The translations under genes were made by a program, and so were the position numbers. From contig OX597825.1 in the NCBI GenBank assembly GCA_951406725.2, positions 38,688,001 through 38,752,000 on the forward strand: a stretch of DNA of 64,000 bases, in the 5' to 3' direction. This DNA comes from Octopus vulgaris. Lineage: Eukaryota. How positions within the stretch are numbered: the stretch's first letter is position 1; each line of letters opens with the position of its first letter. This document shows positions 13,623 through 28,467 of this stretch, piece by piece. The notes beneath the pieces were generated by a model that searched no databases, was not told where the DNA came from, and saw only the letters and a list, made by a program, of their open reading frames with translations.

Positions 13623-13790
13623 GCTTTTTCTCCGCCTTTCTTTCTATTGAACTTTCCCCTAATTCAGAAGAAAGCCGTTGCTCGAAACGTCAAACCATCT
13701 TTCTTTCTCTGGGCGTCTGCTAATACTTGACATGTACCACGTGCTTACGTTGATTTGTTTCTTCGTTGTTTTATTTCGGGGGATTTACTA
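13530..13790 (+). mobile_element. Penelope-like pLTR with degenerate hammerhead motif (13661-13696)
   Basis: CAGAAGA-A-AGC cgtt GCTC-GAAAC-GTC-AAACC followed by a T-rich tail. Confidence 0.5.
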
Positions 13791-14606
13791 TATACATATA
13801 TATTTTTTTGTGTTCGAGTTGTTGTTGTGTATGTTTGTGTTCGTGTATGTATGAGTTACCTCTCTTCTCTGCGTGCCTCAGGAAAGTGTGTTTTCTGCTC
13901 CCAGTTGGCACGTTCCTCATTATGTGAAAATATTAAGAGTCTAAAACCATTTCTGCAACTTAAGTAATGTATATTTCTTGTTTGGAGCAAATCAGTTATG
14001 AACTCCAGAAGTTATACGTGTTTACACACACGCACAACCTCCATTTTATATATATATATATATATATCCATACAAAGATTAACTAGAACATAACGACGAA
14101 ACCTATCGTTCCTAAGATACACACAATCATTCGTATGTTGGTGTGTGTGAATAACTGTGTAAGTGTGTTACAATTAATTTCTATATGTGTATAAATATAT
14201 ATGTGTGTGTGTATGTATATGTGTATGTATATGTATATATATACACACACACATAATCATATAAGGCTCTGATAATAATGCAGTTCCATCGTATACTATT
14301 ACATGGAAAGTGTTTTTAGAAAGGAGGATTAACAAAAAGATTGGCACCCAAATGTACTCGATAATATCATGGCAACGAAATAAGCATTACTATTAATAGG
14401 TTTCGCGATAACAATATTTGTGATATTACTAGTTCACGGCAAATGTAGCATTCTCTTAGAAATGGACAGCAATCTCATCATAAGATTTAGTTGCATATAA
14501 AGTAATTCTTTATTTACATTATTTATATTTTATGTAAATTTATTTATGTATGTATGTATATATATACATTTGTATACGTATATATACATGCATATATACA
14601 TATATG

Positions 14607-14647
<41 letters not shown>

Positions 14648-15173
14648 GTATATATATATATATTTACATGTATATATATTATATACATAAGTAAACATGT
14701 ATGCATGTATATATATACATTTAAATATAGCCACCGTCTTCGTGCGTTTTAGAATTTTTTCTTTGTAATTAAAGCTGAAGCCGTCCGGGAAATATATTAG
14801 AATATGTTCTCTTCTATAGCTCACACCGAGCAATTCCTAGGGAGTAAATAAGGCAAGCACATAAACGACGTTTGGAAGTCATTCCTAATATATACGTTTG
14901 TGTTTCTGCGCCCGTTAATGTATCTCGATATGTATATGTAGCTTTATGTCTATGCATTTGTAGAGATACACCATTCTGCTTTACTGCAGTAGACTTATTT
15001 ACGCCCCACCATTTGTGCATTTCTGGGAGCAACCGATATAATAAATACAGCTCACATAAATCAGTATTTGTTTAATTGCTGATTTAGGTAAAAATTCTGA
15101 ACGTTTCTCTATTTCTCTTCTGTGTTCCTAATCTCTGAACGCCAATCTTGCCTCAAGATATTTCTATATGGGC

Positions 15174-16314
15174 TTAATGCCTTCAGCTTAAGTCCTTGGC
15201 CCAACAGGTTCCGTGTACTATCGTACAGGTTTTGACGAAACTACATAGACATTCCAGACTGACTGAAGAAGCAATTGGCTGCGAATGATCCGTGTAACTT
15301 CTTTTGTCCTGTTCGCCGTTGCTGTACTATCGTCCTTTTTCTCCTTTTTATATTTTGATGATTTCCGTTTTTTGTGTTTTTACCTTTGATTTATCCATGG
15401 AGCGCTACGTACAATCTGGTGTTTACTCTGTAAAGATACCCCTCTTACTCATTTTCCCTCTTTTAACACCCTTTTCTTTCCTTCTCTTTCCCTCTCTCAC
15501 TCTATCTCCCTTTCCCTCTCCGTCAATCTCACCCATTCGTTGTCGATTTTTCACGCTCAGTCCTTCTTCCCCCTATCTCTTTTCTCCACTCTCTCTCTCT
15601 CACCCCCATTGTTTCTTTGACCCTCTGATTTCCTTTCCTCTCTCTCGTATTCTTTAATCCCTTTTCCCTTCCCCTTATCTCTCAATCTCTTTTGCTTTTC
15701 TTCCTTATCCCCCTTCTACCTCGTCTCTCTCTCCCTCCCTCCCTCACATTCTGTTAGCCCTCCCTCTTATTATTTGGTCTCTCTGCTTTCTTCAACTCCT
15801 TCCCTCCTCTACAACGTGATCGCTGTCCGGCTTATGCATTGTCGTTCTTTTTCAGCTGAACCCCTTTGAGGGCAGTCGAATCTGTTCTGTCTAGCCACCC
15901 GGTCAGTTATGATTTTTCTATTTTTCTTTTTCCTAGCGCTAATCGAAAGGCTCTGTTTGTTTTGTCTTACCTTCGTTGTATAGCCGAAAGGCTTTTGTCC
16001 ATTGTGTTACCTTCGTCCGATAGTCGAAAGTCCCTTTCTGATTGTTATTTCCTTGTTTGGTTATGTACGTTCGTTAGCTTTGCTCAGTGAATTAATGCCT
16101 TCAGGTTAACTCTTGGCCCAACTGGTTTCGAATAGTATCGGAGAGAATTAGGCGAAACTACCTGGACATTACAGACTCTGACTGAAGAAGCAATTAGCAG
16201 CGAATCAGTCGTGTATCTTCTTTCTTTTTGTTTGCCGTTGTGCTATCGTCCGTTCCCTACTTGTTATGATTTTTTAATTCATCCAGCGCTACGTACAATT
16301 TGGTGTTTATTTTG

Positions 16315-16318
<4 letters not shown>
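15174..16318 (+). mobile_element. Element with ~230-260 bp direct terminal repeats around a pyrimidine-rich core (Penelope-type partial tandem or TRIM-like)
   Basis: 15174-15434 and 16092-16318 share TTAATGCCTTCAG, CTTGGCCCAAC, CGAAACTAC, GACTGAAGAAGCAATT and GCGCTACGTACAAT.TGGTGTTTA. Confidence 0.65.
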
Positions 16319-16353
<35 letters not shown>

Positions 16354-16408
16354 GTATGTGTGTTTGTGTGTGTGTGTGTATGTATGTATGTCTATATATA
16401 TATGTATG

Positions 16409-16466
<58 letters not shown>

Positions 16467-16792
16467 CACATATATATATATAAATACATATATATATATA
16501 TATACATATATATATGTATACACAATAATGTATATAAACATTTATATACATATATATACACAGATATGTGTGTATATATCTCATACACTCACACACTCAC
16601 TGGAGTTGCCAGTGCAATCCTATTGCAGTTGAACAATATTTATATATATATATAAATAAATTATGATATTTTTTCACAGTAACTACTTAGTGTTACTTAC
16701 TAACTGTAACATCTTCCCTGCAACTTTTCAGAATTCAGCAATTTACTTATATTTGTTAATATTTTTCAATTCAATGATAACATTCTTTATTC

Positions 16793-16875
<83 letters not shown>

Positions 16876-17231
16876 TTTTTCTTTAATATCAATTTTTTAT
16901 GTATATATATTTGATCTCACTTGAACATTTTTCACTCTGCCCCAGTTTTCACGAATATTACACTTTTGCTTTCTAATCTGTAAAGTTGATAGATTTCTAC
17001 CACTGATAATCTAAAGAAGAAATTCATTGAAAATTAAACAACAACTCTAGCTTAATAGCTCATTGAATGTAGCTTTGAAACAGTGAAGCATTTCTTTTGT
17101 TTTCCTCTATGAACACATGATAAATTCTACGTCACTTACTGAACAAGCTGTCATGCGAAACAAAAACCTTAGTCAAGCTGAATTCTACTGTAAGCATACA
17201 TGTTCAAGTGTGTTAGATTAGTGTGTGCTTA

Positions 17232-17302
<71 letters not shown>

Positions 17303-17439
17303 ATATATATATATAGATATAGATATAGATACATACATACATATATATACATATATATATACATATATATATATGTATATATATATATACATATATGCAT
17401 ACATGCATATATGTATATCTATATGCATGTATATATACA

Positions 17440-17479
<40 letters not shown>

Positions 17480-18611
17480 TACATAAGTATATATCTATAT
17501 TAACTCATACATACACACACACATATATACACACACAAACGTACACACACACACACACACATATATATATAAATACGTATGTATATGTAAATTCATACAT
17601 ATATACGCGTTCGCGTATGTGTTTGTGTGTGAATGTGTGTGTGTGCATATGTATTTCTGAGTATGTGTATTAGTCCGCTGTTTTGCATTTCTAATAGGTA
17701 CATATTCACGCATTAATGCGTGAAATAAGAAGAGCCCATTATTATGCAGTGTTGTTTCTATATTCTTTAAAACCTCTTGAGTAGTTCTAAAACTTTTACT
17801 ATCTCAAATATTTATTAAATCTAATGGACAGTTACTCAACCAACCGAGATATGGCCCATAATTAAATGCTTACGAATACAATATCGCGCACAGTCACTAT
17901 TGCGGTATCTATGTGCTGCTTCATTATAGCTTTGGTGCTTTGTAACAGTAATGGGGCAATGAAATGCACGTCCTCAAGTACACCCATACACACGGTTGCA
18001 TGCATTGTTCTTCGCTTCGTTACGTGTGGGTTTATCTCGACATTTTCCTAGAGTCACTCATTTGCAGCCACCCATAGTACAAAAGATGACATGCATTTCC
18101 TGAACTTTGTTGGAGATGTCTTAAAAAATTTCAAGATCATATATTGGTAACAAACGTCTACAATGAGAATTAGAACCTTTCAGTATATCAAGAGTGAAGC
18201 ATGTCATGTTATACAAGACCTGTTTTCATTAAACTACGGAATTATTATATCATCAAATGACTGACTGAATGATTAACTACTTTTATATCATGGTGTTATG
18301 AGGCATAAAATGTAAAAACAATAAAAATTATGAGAAGGCATGTCAATACCGTAAGCAGAAACACGGTCAAGTTCGCTGGATACCCTATGAGGGGTAAAAT
18401 GCCTTCAAATTTTATAGCAATAGAAAAACTGAAAGGAGGAAGGAACAAAGGACGGAGGGACTATCTATTGGAATACTTTACACAGTGAATAAACGTATAC
18501 GGGGTACACATGTTCATAGGAGATGAATTTTATTCGCTATCAATCCTGAATATTCACACATCAACATTTGCACATACATTAATTATTATTATTATTATTA
18601 TTATTATTAGC

Positions 18612-18705
<94 letters not shown>

Positions 18706-19037
18706 TTGATTGCTTCTCTCGAAATTTGGCGATAGGCACTTGTTTACCCACAAATAAAATAAGCAGCAGATCTGTGAATTTTTGTGTAACTGATTTTATA
18801 TTGTCTAAAATTTACCCAGCTATATAAAGTTCATTAATAACTCATTGATATGCTTTATAAACCTCTTATGAGCAGCAGCATTTTATATTGACTTAGCCTC
18901 AGAATTTGTTATCTCAAATAGAACTCCATTTCTAATACAGCAGGTATTCTATTTCCCTCACTTTAAATCTTTCGTCGAAGTATACATAGCTGGCTATGTA
19001 TACAAAGTATACAAAGCTGGGTACTACTTAAAGCACA

Positions 19038-19094
<57 letters not shown>

Positions 19095-20488
19095 ATACAC
19101 ACACACGCACACACACACACGTGCATATACTGATTACACATATGAAACGAGTTTGCAATATATGATATATATATACATACATGCATTCATATGTGTGTGT
19201 GCATCTATGTGTGTCTATGTACATATATATATATATGTTTGCATTTATGAACATATATATATGCGTGGGTATATGTATACATACATGCACATATATAATA
19301 TAAACGATATGACAACGACCACGATAAAGGTAATATTAAAATATTGTAATGATTACTGTTATTACTTTCGTTACTATTTGTTTTATTAAGTCAAGTGTTA
19401 TGTGTAATATAATATTCTAATATTCGCGATTTCCAAATATTCTTGGGTGACTACTTCATAATTTCTGTATATTACTCCACGGATTAGTTTAGTTCATCGG
19501 ATTACACTTTTCTTGCTAATTGTCGGACAGAAGTACAAATCGAGTATTCGCTGCATTTCATGTTAGCTTTGTGGTAAGGGTTGAATGTCTGCCAACTTCC
19601 CTTTAATATTTCGGAAGTCATAAACCCCGACAAACCAGTTTCCATTCCATATACAAGTACACAACGTCTGTACTAACTTAAAACCTGTTTTTATATATTC
19701 CATGGTACGTTAATCCATTAATATCGGCTTCCGTTATATACAGATCTATATGACGATGAAGTATCGCAGTTAGGTGATTATATAATGATTGAAACAAGAC
19801 GCAATGCAAATAAAAGCTGCTTTAAAGAGTGAAATATGCATACGCAATCACGAATATCATGAAATATTTGTTATAATATTCAGGAGGAAATGGTCTTTAA
19901 GCATTTTATCATTAAAGATGTCAATAATCATTAAGCATCCAAAATAATAAATAATTTTGATTAAAGGTTGCTTTTCGATAGGGGAAATAGGCAGCATTAT
20001 AGCATCCTTTTTCTTCATCTGTGTATTATGAAAGTGTTATTTTTCGAAATAAGTGAGAAAAATGATCGAGGATATTTCCTGATAATCAGCCGAAAGATGA
20101 GCAGTCCATCGTTTGTAACAACATTGAGGATAAGAATAAAAACAACATCGGGGGTCAATGTTGTTAATAGCAAAAGAAAAATGCTAGCTAGGCGTGTAAA
20201 CAAATGCAAAATCAAGTACGATGGCCATCGCTGTTTAACAGATTCTGCAACGTGCAAAACCTACTATTTATTTGAATAGTAAGCGGGCTAGTATATTTTA
20301 ACAGCGAAAGAAAAAGCAAATACATTATATCTATATTTAATCTATATACTAATTTTCAAATATATATTATGTATAAATATTTATTTATGCAGACACATAT
20401 ATGTACATATATACATACGCACACATATGTGCGTATATATATATGTGTGGGTGTGTGCGTGTGTGTAGAAGGTAAAAAAGAAACAAAC

Positions 20489-20537
<49 letters not shown>

Positions 20538-20818
20538 GACAGGGAACGAGATAAACAGATAGATATACAATATACATACATTCATACATACAAACATACA
20601 TACATACATATATACATGCACGAATGCATACATAGATGTGCATACGCACACGATATCTATGCGAATGTCTCTGGCGATTCGTCAATAAAATACAGCTCGT
20701 TACATTCAGGGCCACAACAACAATAGATTAATTTGTATTCCAGAATAATTTCCGGATAAATATTATTGATAATTAATCCATAGGCACGATTTTCAATTAC
20801 TTTTGTTTATTGTTCTGC

Positions 20819-20890
<72 letters not shown>

Positions 20891-21527
20891 GTGTGTGTAC
20901 ATATATACACACATATCAGTATACATATCAAATCAATACACATATATATACAGAAAATTTTGGCCTCTGTGATGTCATTTCAAATTCTACAATGACATTT
21001 GGCACAACTCATAACGATTGATTACTTAGAAATTCTCTCTTGTTGATTTCATTTATTTACCGATTTTTGTTCATTTCACTGTTAATTATCATGAGTGTCA
21101 TTTTAAAAATATATATATTTCTTTAAATTTATTGTAGGAACACAGAAGCTTTTTATTAATACTCTATTTAACTTCACATTTTTTCAACGTCCTAAATGGC
21201 TTCATTTTGTAAATTTACTTGTTTGTCCATAATTCCAATATAGCCTGGCATGAAGCTTCGTTAGGTTTAGTGGTATCGAATAATACACTGTGTAAATAAT
21301 GAAATATTTAAATAATAATTATTTATGCGAGTTTCGCTGTTGTCCTTGCAATGACATATAATAGTCTACTGCTTGTACAGTTCTTGTATACTGATGGCCT
21401 GTAACTGAAATATGCTGACAGAAGTAGAAAACTCTTTATACTTCTCTTTCTCTCTCACTCTGTCACTTCAGTACACACATTGATCATTGATGCACACAGA
21501 CACACAAACAGACATGTATCATTTTTC

Positions 21528-21640
21528 CAGGCTACAAGCTACAGTAGCATCCACCCTTAGTGGTTAGCCACATTTATGTTGCAAATATACTTCACATTGT
21601 CGTGCAGCTAGTGTTTATACCTCGTTCAGAGATTATTTAT
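21528..21640 (+). mobile_element. Fragment of the 1090/55056 repeat family
   Basis: GGCTACAAGCTACAGTAGCATCCACCCTTAG...TTAGCCACATTTA...GTTTATACCTCG. Confidence 0.65.
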
Positions 21641-21667
21641 TGCTTATATATATATATATGTATATAC

Positions 21668-21698
<31 letters not shown>

Positions 21699-21730
21699 TT
21701 CATATATTTATATATATATATATATTCATA

Positions 21731-21796
<66 letters not shown>

Positions 21797-21826
21797 CATA
21801 CATACATATATATATATATAAACATG

Positions 21827-23027
21827 CAGTGGTTGGATAAAATAATGGTAACACATTAAAATTTCAAACAAATTTTTCTTAATATCGGGTAGGATAGCCT
21901 TTGGATGCCTACAAACTTTGAATTGTTTCCAAAGGAATTTTTGTTCATTCTTCAGCTAAAACAGTCTCCAGTTCTTGTAATGATGATGGTGGACGATATC
22001 GAATCCTGACTTGCTTTTCTAAATTGCACCATAAATGTTCAATAATATTGAGACCTGGGGACAGCGATCGCCAGATAAGATGTTCAATTACATTAGAATG
22101 TTTCTTGTGTCATTCAGTAACAACTTTAGCTGCGTGAATTGTTGCATTATCATCCTGAAAGATCGCATTTCCATCCTCAACCATAGAATGAATTTGGTTT
22201 GATAACATGCTTAAATAGTCTTGAGTTTTAATTTTGCCTTGAAGGGGAACCATTGGGCTGGCGGATTTCCAAGAAATAGCCCCTCCCACCAGATCATCAC
22301 TGATCCTCCTCCATATTTAACGGTTGGAAGTAGGCAGTCTGTGTCAAATGCTTCTTTTGGCTGTCTTCACACGTATACTCGGCCGGTTGAAGGAAATAAT
22401 GTAAAGGATGACTCGTCATCCTTTACCTTTAAGGTAAAAGAGAAAATAACATTCTTCCACTGCTCTAGGAACCAATTCTATTGGTTTTTACTCCACTCTA
22501 AACGCTTTGCAACATTTGTTTTAGAAAGTAGTGGTTTTCTGATTTCAGCCATACTGTGAAATCCTGCTTTGTGCAGCTCCCGGCGAACAGTTTTTATGGC
22601 AACTGGGTTCACGAGGTGATCATTAAGCTCTGCAGTAATTTGGGATCTGTACTTTTGTGATCCTTTCTTGCAATTTGCGTAAGAGCCTGACGATCTCTAT
22701 CTGAAACTTTTGTCATTACTTTCGAAACAGTAATTCATACACCAAGCATTTCGACTGTTTTCGTTACGCTAGAGCCTGCCATAGGAGCACCAACAATTTG
22801 ACCTCTTTGAAAGTCCGATAGAGCTGTCGTTTTAATGAATTTTAATAATCTTTTTCTATTGATATCTGAAAAGAAACTGCAATTTTAGCAAAACTCATTA
22901 AGCAACACTAATAAATAAAAAAAAACATAAAAATAAACAAGCTTTTGACAGTTTTATAGATATTTCAGTATTATGATGCAATGATGCTAGGTTGCTAAGT
23001 GTTTCCCTTATTTTGTCCAACCGCACT
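21827..23027 (-). mobile_element. Tc1-family DNA transposon, ~1.2 kb, decayed transposase
   Basis: TIRs CAGTGGTTGGATAAAATAATGGTAACAC / GTGTTTCCCTTATTTTGTCCAACCGCACT; minus-strand motifs LSDFQRGQIVGA, DESSFTLF, IFQDDNA and SPGLNIIEHLW. Confidence 0.9.
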
Positions 23028-23074
23028 AAATTACTCAAGTAAGCACATAAAAACAAAATGCTAAACATATATAT

Positions 23075-23125
<51 letters not shown>

Positions 23126-23744
23126 GATAGATAGATAGATACATACATACGTACATATATATATATATGTATGTATGTATCTATATATATATACATATAT
23201 ATATATATACATACATAATACATATACATATACTTACACGCACACATATATCACGTGAATACATATACATGTATACAAAGACCACATGCATAATTTCCCC
23301 ATCACGTACACAGACAGAGACAAATAGCATATGCATGAAGATATAAAAATTCAAGCCATCCTCAAATGCCTTACATATCCAAGTATCACAGTTTCCGATT
23401 TATCGATCTAAAGCATCTCACATATCAAAACAAACCGACGGCATTGAGGCGTTGCCTTTTGTGGTAAGGTATTTGATTGTTCAGGCATTCGTACAGAGAA
23501 GCACGAATGATATTTACTAAATACATATTTACTTAGATGTTAGAGTTTCAAGTCATTTCAGCTATGATTGGAGGGAGTGCATGGAGGAAGGTGGATAAAT
23601 TAATATACAGACAGATAATGGGAAATATAGGTAGCTATACATAGGAAGGTTTTTATGAAATAATATAATTCTAGAGAATTATTAAATCAAAAATGTGTCT
23701 ACAAATGGCTACACACGATCATCCACACTCATGTATAAAATTAA

Positions 23745-23910
23745 TTTCAAATTTTGGCGCGTTGCCGGCATTTTGGTACTTATTTTACCGACGCTGTAAG
23801 TATGAAACGGAAGGTCGACCCTAACGGAATTTGAAATGAGAACGTTGTGACGGAAAAGATACCGCTAAGTATATAATCTTGTGTGCTAGCGGTTCTGCCA
23901 CCTCACTTCA
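23745..23910 (-). mobile_element. SINE family A, degenerate
   Basis: GGTACTTATTTTACCGAC...AAGGTCGACC...GGAATTTGAAATGAGAACG...GCTAGCGGTTCTGCCACCTC. Confidence 0.65.
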
Positions 23911-24155
23911 TCTTTGTCAATATTTTACCTACTTCCCTCATTAGACTGCCGGTATTCTTAGGTGTCATGGTAAAGGCTCTTGTGGAATGAGTTGCCAAGA
24001 GTACTTAATATCTTAAACACACGCACACATTGATACATACATACATATATACACAAATACGTATATATTTATATATATATATGTCTGTGTAGGTGTGTGT
24101 ATATATCTATATCTATCTATCTATCTATATCTATATATATATATGTATATATACG

Positions 24156-24188
<33 letters not shown>

Positions 24189-24239
24189 ATATATGTTCGT
24201 ATATATATATATATATTTTTTTTTTTGCACATACATACA

Positions 24240-24292
<53 letters not shown>

Positions 24293-24361
24293 ACATACAT
24301 ATATGCATATATATATATATATATATATATATACTTATATATACACATATATATATACATA

Positions 24362-25933
24362 CTTACAGAGGCACCTGACGTAGTCTGAGAATGAAATTGT
24401 TCCATACATATTGGAAGAAAAAAGTAAAATATGTCGTTTAGAAAGTTATTCCTCAGTTGGGATAGAATTTATTCTTTAATTGGTAAATCAGTTGTGAATG
24501 CATAATACAAAATAACAATAATATCAAAAAACAAAATTACAAAATTTACCACTTTTGTCGAAAGAAATTGCGTAAGCGCTTATGCTGGATTAACAGCATT
24601 CTTCGTTTTCTGGTTTGGAGCATAGATAAATAGGTCTTGCAATCTATCAACCCTGAAGCAACGAACATAAATTTGACCTTGGGAAAAACAAGGCTCAATT
24701 AAATGCAAGCCAGTAGATTTCAAAGTCTGACCTTGAGTTTTATTCATAGACATTGCGAAGGAAAGTCGCACTGGGAATTGTGTTCGTTTGAACTCAAATG
24801 GCATGTTTGCTGGTTTGATTGAAAATTCTTGGAATGAAAACCTCTTCCCTAGAGGCATATCTGGTGATGATCGTAGCTTCTATCACCCTAGGTGATAATG
24901 TCTTCGCAATCAACCTTGTCTCATTGCATAATTTAGGAGGATGTAAATTTCTTGGAAGTATTTTTGAGACTCCTACCTTCAGAAAATTTTATGTGGAACA
25001 GTTCCAGATAGCTCAAGAGAATAAAGGAATTCTATTGGGTAATGGAAAGCTTGATTGTCTTCAAAGACCGAACCAATTGATTTGTACTTCTTAATGACTG
25101 TTGGAGTATTATTCATTAATTCATGGTTAATAATTGCTACTGCCTCATTTTTTAGGACGAATTGCCCTTTCACACATCTGTTTATGTGAATTATAATTAT
25201 TACTCAAGTCTGGAAATACCATGTTCTTGAAATTAGCTGGGGAATTCTCCATGATAGTAATGCGAGTGAAACTGATATCACCTTTGTCATCAAATCGTAC
25301 TTTCCTATTTTCTAATTGGAGGAGACATCCTGAAAACTGTTTTGCAGATCGGTCTCCATGTAATAATGTTAGCACTTTAGTATTGAAAGAGAATTTCAGT
25401 ACTGTATTTCATAGGTGTGAAGAATTAATGCATGCTTATATTTAATCAGATCTTGTTCATCTCTGAATGACTAATAATGTCTGTCTGAAGTCTCCTGATA
25501 AAACCACTGTAACTCCTATAACTTTATTGTCGCCTCTTACGCCCTGCAAGTTCTTATTAAGAGCTTCCATTGCACCTCTATGGGATATCGTGCATTCATC
25601 TCAAATGATCAGGTATCATTAACACAACACTTCTTCTGAACCTGAAACTTTGCATATGTTACACATTGGATGTCATCTGTGAGCAGGTTTAGCGGTAATT
25701 TAAAAGCAGAATGAGCTGTTCGTCCTCGTGGTTCTATGGTGGCAGTAAAACCAGAAAATGGTACAGCGACAGCATTTCCTTCTTATTACCTTACCTTGGA
25801 GAATAGCAATGTCGTTACAAAATTTTTCGTGCGCCATAAGGAGTATGAAGAGAGAAATTTCCTCTGCTTTTTTTCTGATGCGCACGTGCCATCACACAAA
25901 TACATACAGTATCAAGCACCAAATGAAATGGAC

Positions 25934-25981
<48 letters not shown>

Positions 25982-27088
25982 GAAAGCGCGAGAAAAGGGG
26001 TGTGCTATGTGTACGTACATACATAAATAAATAAGCATTCATCTTTTTGTATGTATGTGTGCGTGTGTGAGACAGAAAGAGATAGTGAGTTCCACTTAGA
26101 CATCAGTTTCTCTCGCTTTGTCTTCTCTCTGTCACACAGTTACACACACGCACTACATACAAGGAAGAGGTATGCATGTGTATTTATGTATGTACGTATA
26201 CATGACAATACAACCCTTCACACACGCACACACGCTCTCAATCACACACCAAAACACATAAATGTATACAAACGTACATAGAAAAACACACGTGAGCGTG
26301 TGGGACTGACTGGAAATACGTAGCGTTGAACACGGCACGCGAAAAGTATAAATAAAAAAATAAATATAAATAAAAAAATTATAAATAAAAAAGTATAAAT
26401 AAAACAAATTATGGAAATTAACGATGTGAGCAGGTTCAAGCGAAAGAGTGCCTATATTCTTTTGGACGTCCCATGTTAAATTGCAGAATTTTAATATGAT
26501 ATTTTTGTAATAACGAAATCAAACCTGGTGTGTGAGTGCGCACGAGAGTGCGTATACGTTTGTGCGTGCACGTTTGTGCGTGCGTGCGTTAATATGGGCG
26601 TTTGTGCGAGAGAGAGAGAGAGAGAGAGGTGAGGAGGAGAGAAAGTTGCAAACAATAAATGATATAAACATGAAATGAAAATATCTTATAAATAGAAGCA
26701 CGTTAAAAACTATGTTTTAACGAATATTTAAATTTGTGAACTTAGTAAATATTTCTTTTCGTAATTGATCGTAGTTATTTGTAAACAGCGAATTAAAATT
26801 TGAACCGAAAACATTAGAATGGGGAGTCAAAGATTTCGCAAATGAAAACGGAAGATTTTGCCGTTGCTACATCAGAATCGGAAGTTAACATTGAGAAACA
26901 TTTTTAAGGAATTGAATCATAAATATAAAGCAATATTATTCATTTTTGATTAAGAAAAATATGCTGATGACCGTATCATGCTTCCAAGGTCAAATTATTC
27001 AAGCAACACAAGTATGGAAGCAATTCGTGCAGCTGTTTTCGCGGGAAAAGCAAATACACACACACGCATTTCTATTTTATTCTATATA
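24362..27088 (-). mobile_element. Internally deleted Helitron with helicase remnant
   Basis: Helicase relic at 24580-25860; degenerate 3' hairpin/CTAG-like end at 24362-24390; Helitron-like 5' segment (ATATATAGAATAAAA...TGTGTGTATTTG...GAAAACAGCTGCACGAATT) near 27088. Boundaries are inferred. Confidence 0.6.
24580..25860 (-). pseudogene. Helitron RepHel Pif1-family helicase domain, with multiple stops and frameshifts
   Basis: GRTAHSAFKLPLNL, CERAI, YPIEFLYSLE.SG.VPHK, FEFKRTQFPVRLSFAMSMNKTQGQTL, PCFSQGQIYV. Confidence 0.9.
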
Positions 27089-27117
27089 TGTGTGTGTATG
27101 CATGTTTATATACACAC

Positions 27118-27176
<59 letters not shown>

Positions 27177-27189
27177 GTGTATATATAAA

Positions 27190-27367
27190 CACGCCGAGGT
27201 TATTACACACATATACCACGAGATTCCGTCTATCAAGTCCATTTCCAGAGATTTGCTCAACCTGGGGCTATAGTAGAAATCACCTACCCAAATCTCTATG
27301 AAGTAGGTTTGAGCCCATAAACAAATTGTTGAGAAGCATACTTCTTACTGCACAGTTACACCTGCGC
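27190..27367 (-). mobile_element. SINE family B, degenerate 5' half
   Basis: TTCCGTCTATCAAGTCCA...GGCTATAGTAGAA...CACCTGCGC. Confidence 0.55.
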
Positions 27368-28230
27368 GTATGTTCACGAAATGCAACATTTTCTTCTACC
27401 ACGATGTGCGGATATCAAACTATCATGTCAATATAGTGACAAACAGGAATTGAGAAACCTGCTTTTGTGCTTCTCTGTTTACTGACAAAGATGCCAGTGA
27501 GAGTGTAATTAAGGCATCCATTATCGCCACAAAACAAAATTATGAATAAATACTTAAGAATTTGGATGAGATATATTAAACAACTTTACTCGTATAGCTG
27601 TCTCGCGTTAGTTGTATCAACAATCTGTATCTAATGAAATCTAAAACTAACTGAGATGTTTTATAGCCACTTCAATCTTTCTACCACTAGACATATTGAC
27701 GCATTCCATATATTCCAGTGTGTAAAACTATCGGAAGCTATGGCAGAAGGGAAAAAAATGTCAGTGATATTTGCAGCCAATGGAGGTCACATAACTTTAG
27801 TTAATGTTAACTCCGATGGGATTCATTTCTCAGTTCGATTATCTGGCACAGCGGGCAGAAATATGATGAGTATAGATATATAGAGCAAATGGAATTCATG
27901 ATAAGATAAGCCAATACATTCGTGCTTGCTTTCGGTTCGCTTATAGCCAATACCATTACATTTAGGCTATAAGTTCGGTTTAGGAAAGTCACATTCATGT
28001 ACTTTTAAATATTTACAATGTTCGTTAATAATACAGCAATGCTATCCCCAATTAACACCAAGTCCCGTTTATTGGTTTCGTTAGATAATCTTTAAGCAGA
28101 TATTATATCTTTCTTAGTAATCTTTCTTCACTTAAATCTTCACTATCCACTTGCCCATATCTATTTATCTGTCATCTACCTGTCTATGTATGTATCTATC
28201 TATTTATCTATCTATATTTATCTGCATCAC

Positions 28231-28278
<48 letters not shown>

Positions 28279-28467
28279 GGGAGTTTAATTCACAGGTGAT
28301 CTGTAAGACTAGGTACGCTAGGTAAGTGTTGTAACGCATTACTAGGGCTCGAAGTAATTCAGTAATTCAGTATTAATGGAATCATTGCACATTTCTGATA
28401 TAGCGGATATATAATTGACAAGACAAACATCTCAAGTCATATACATTATTATTATTGGGGAAAAATA

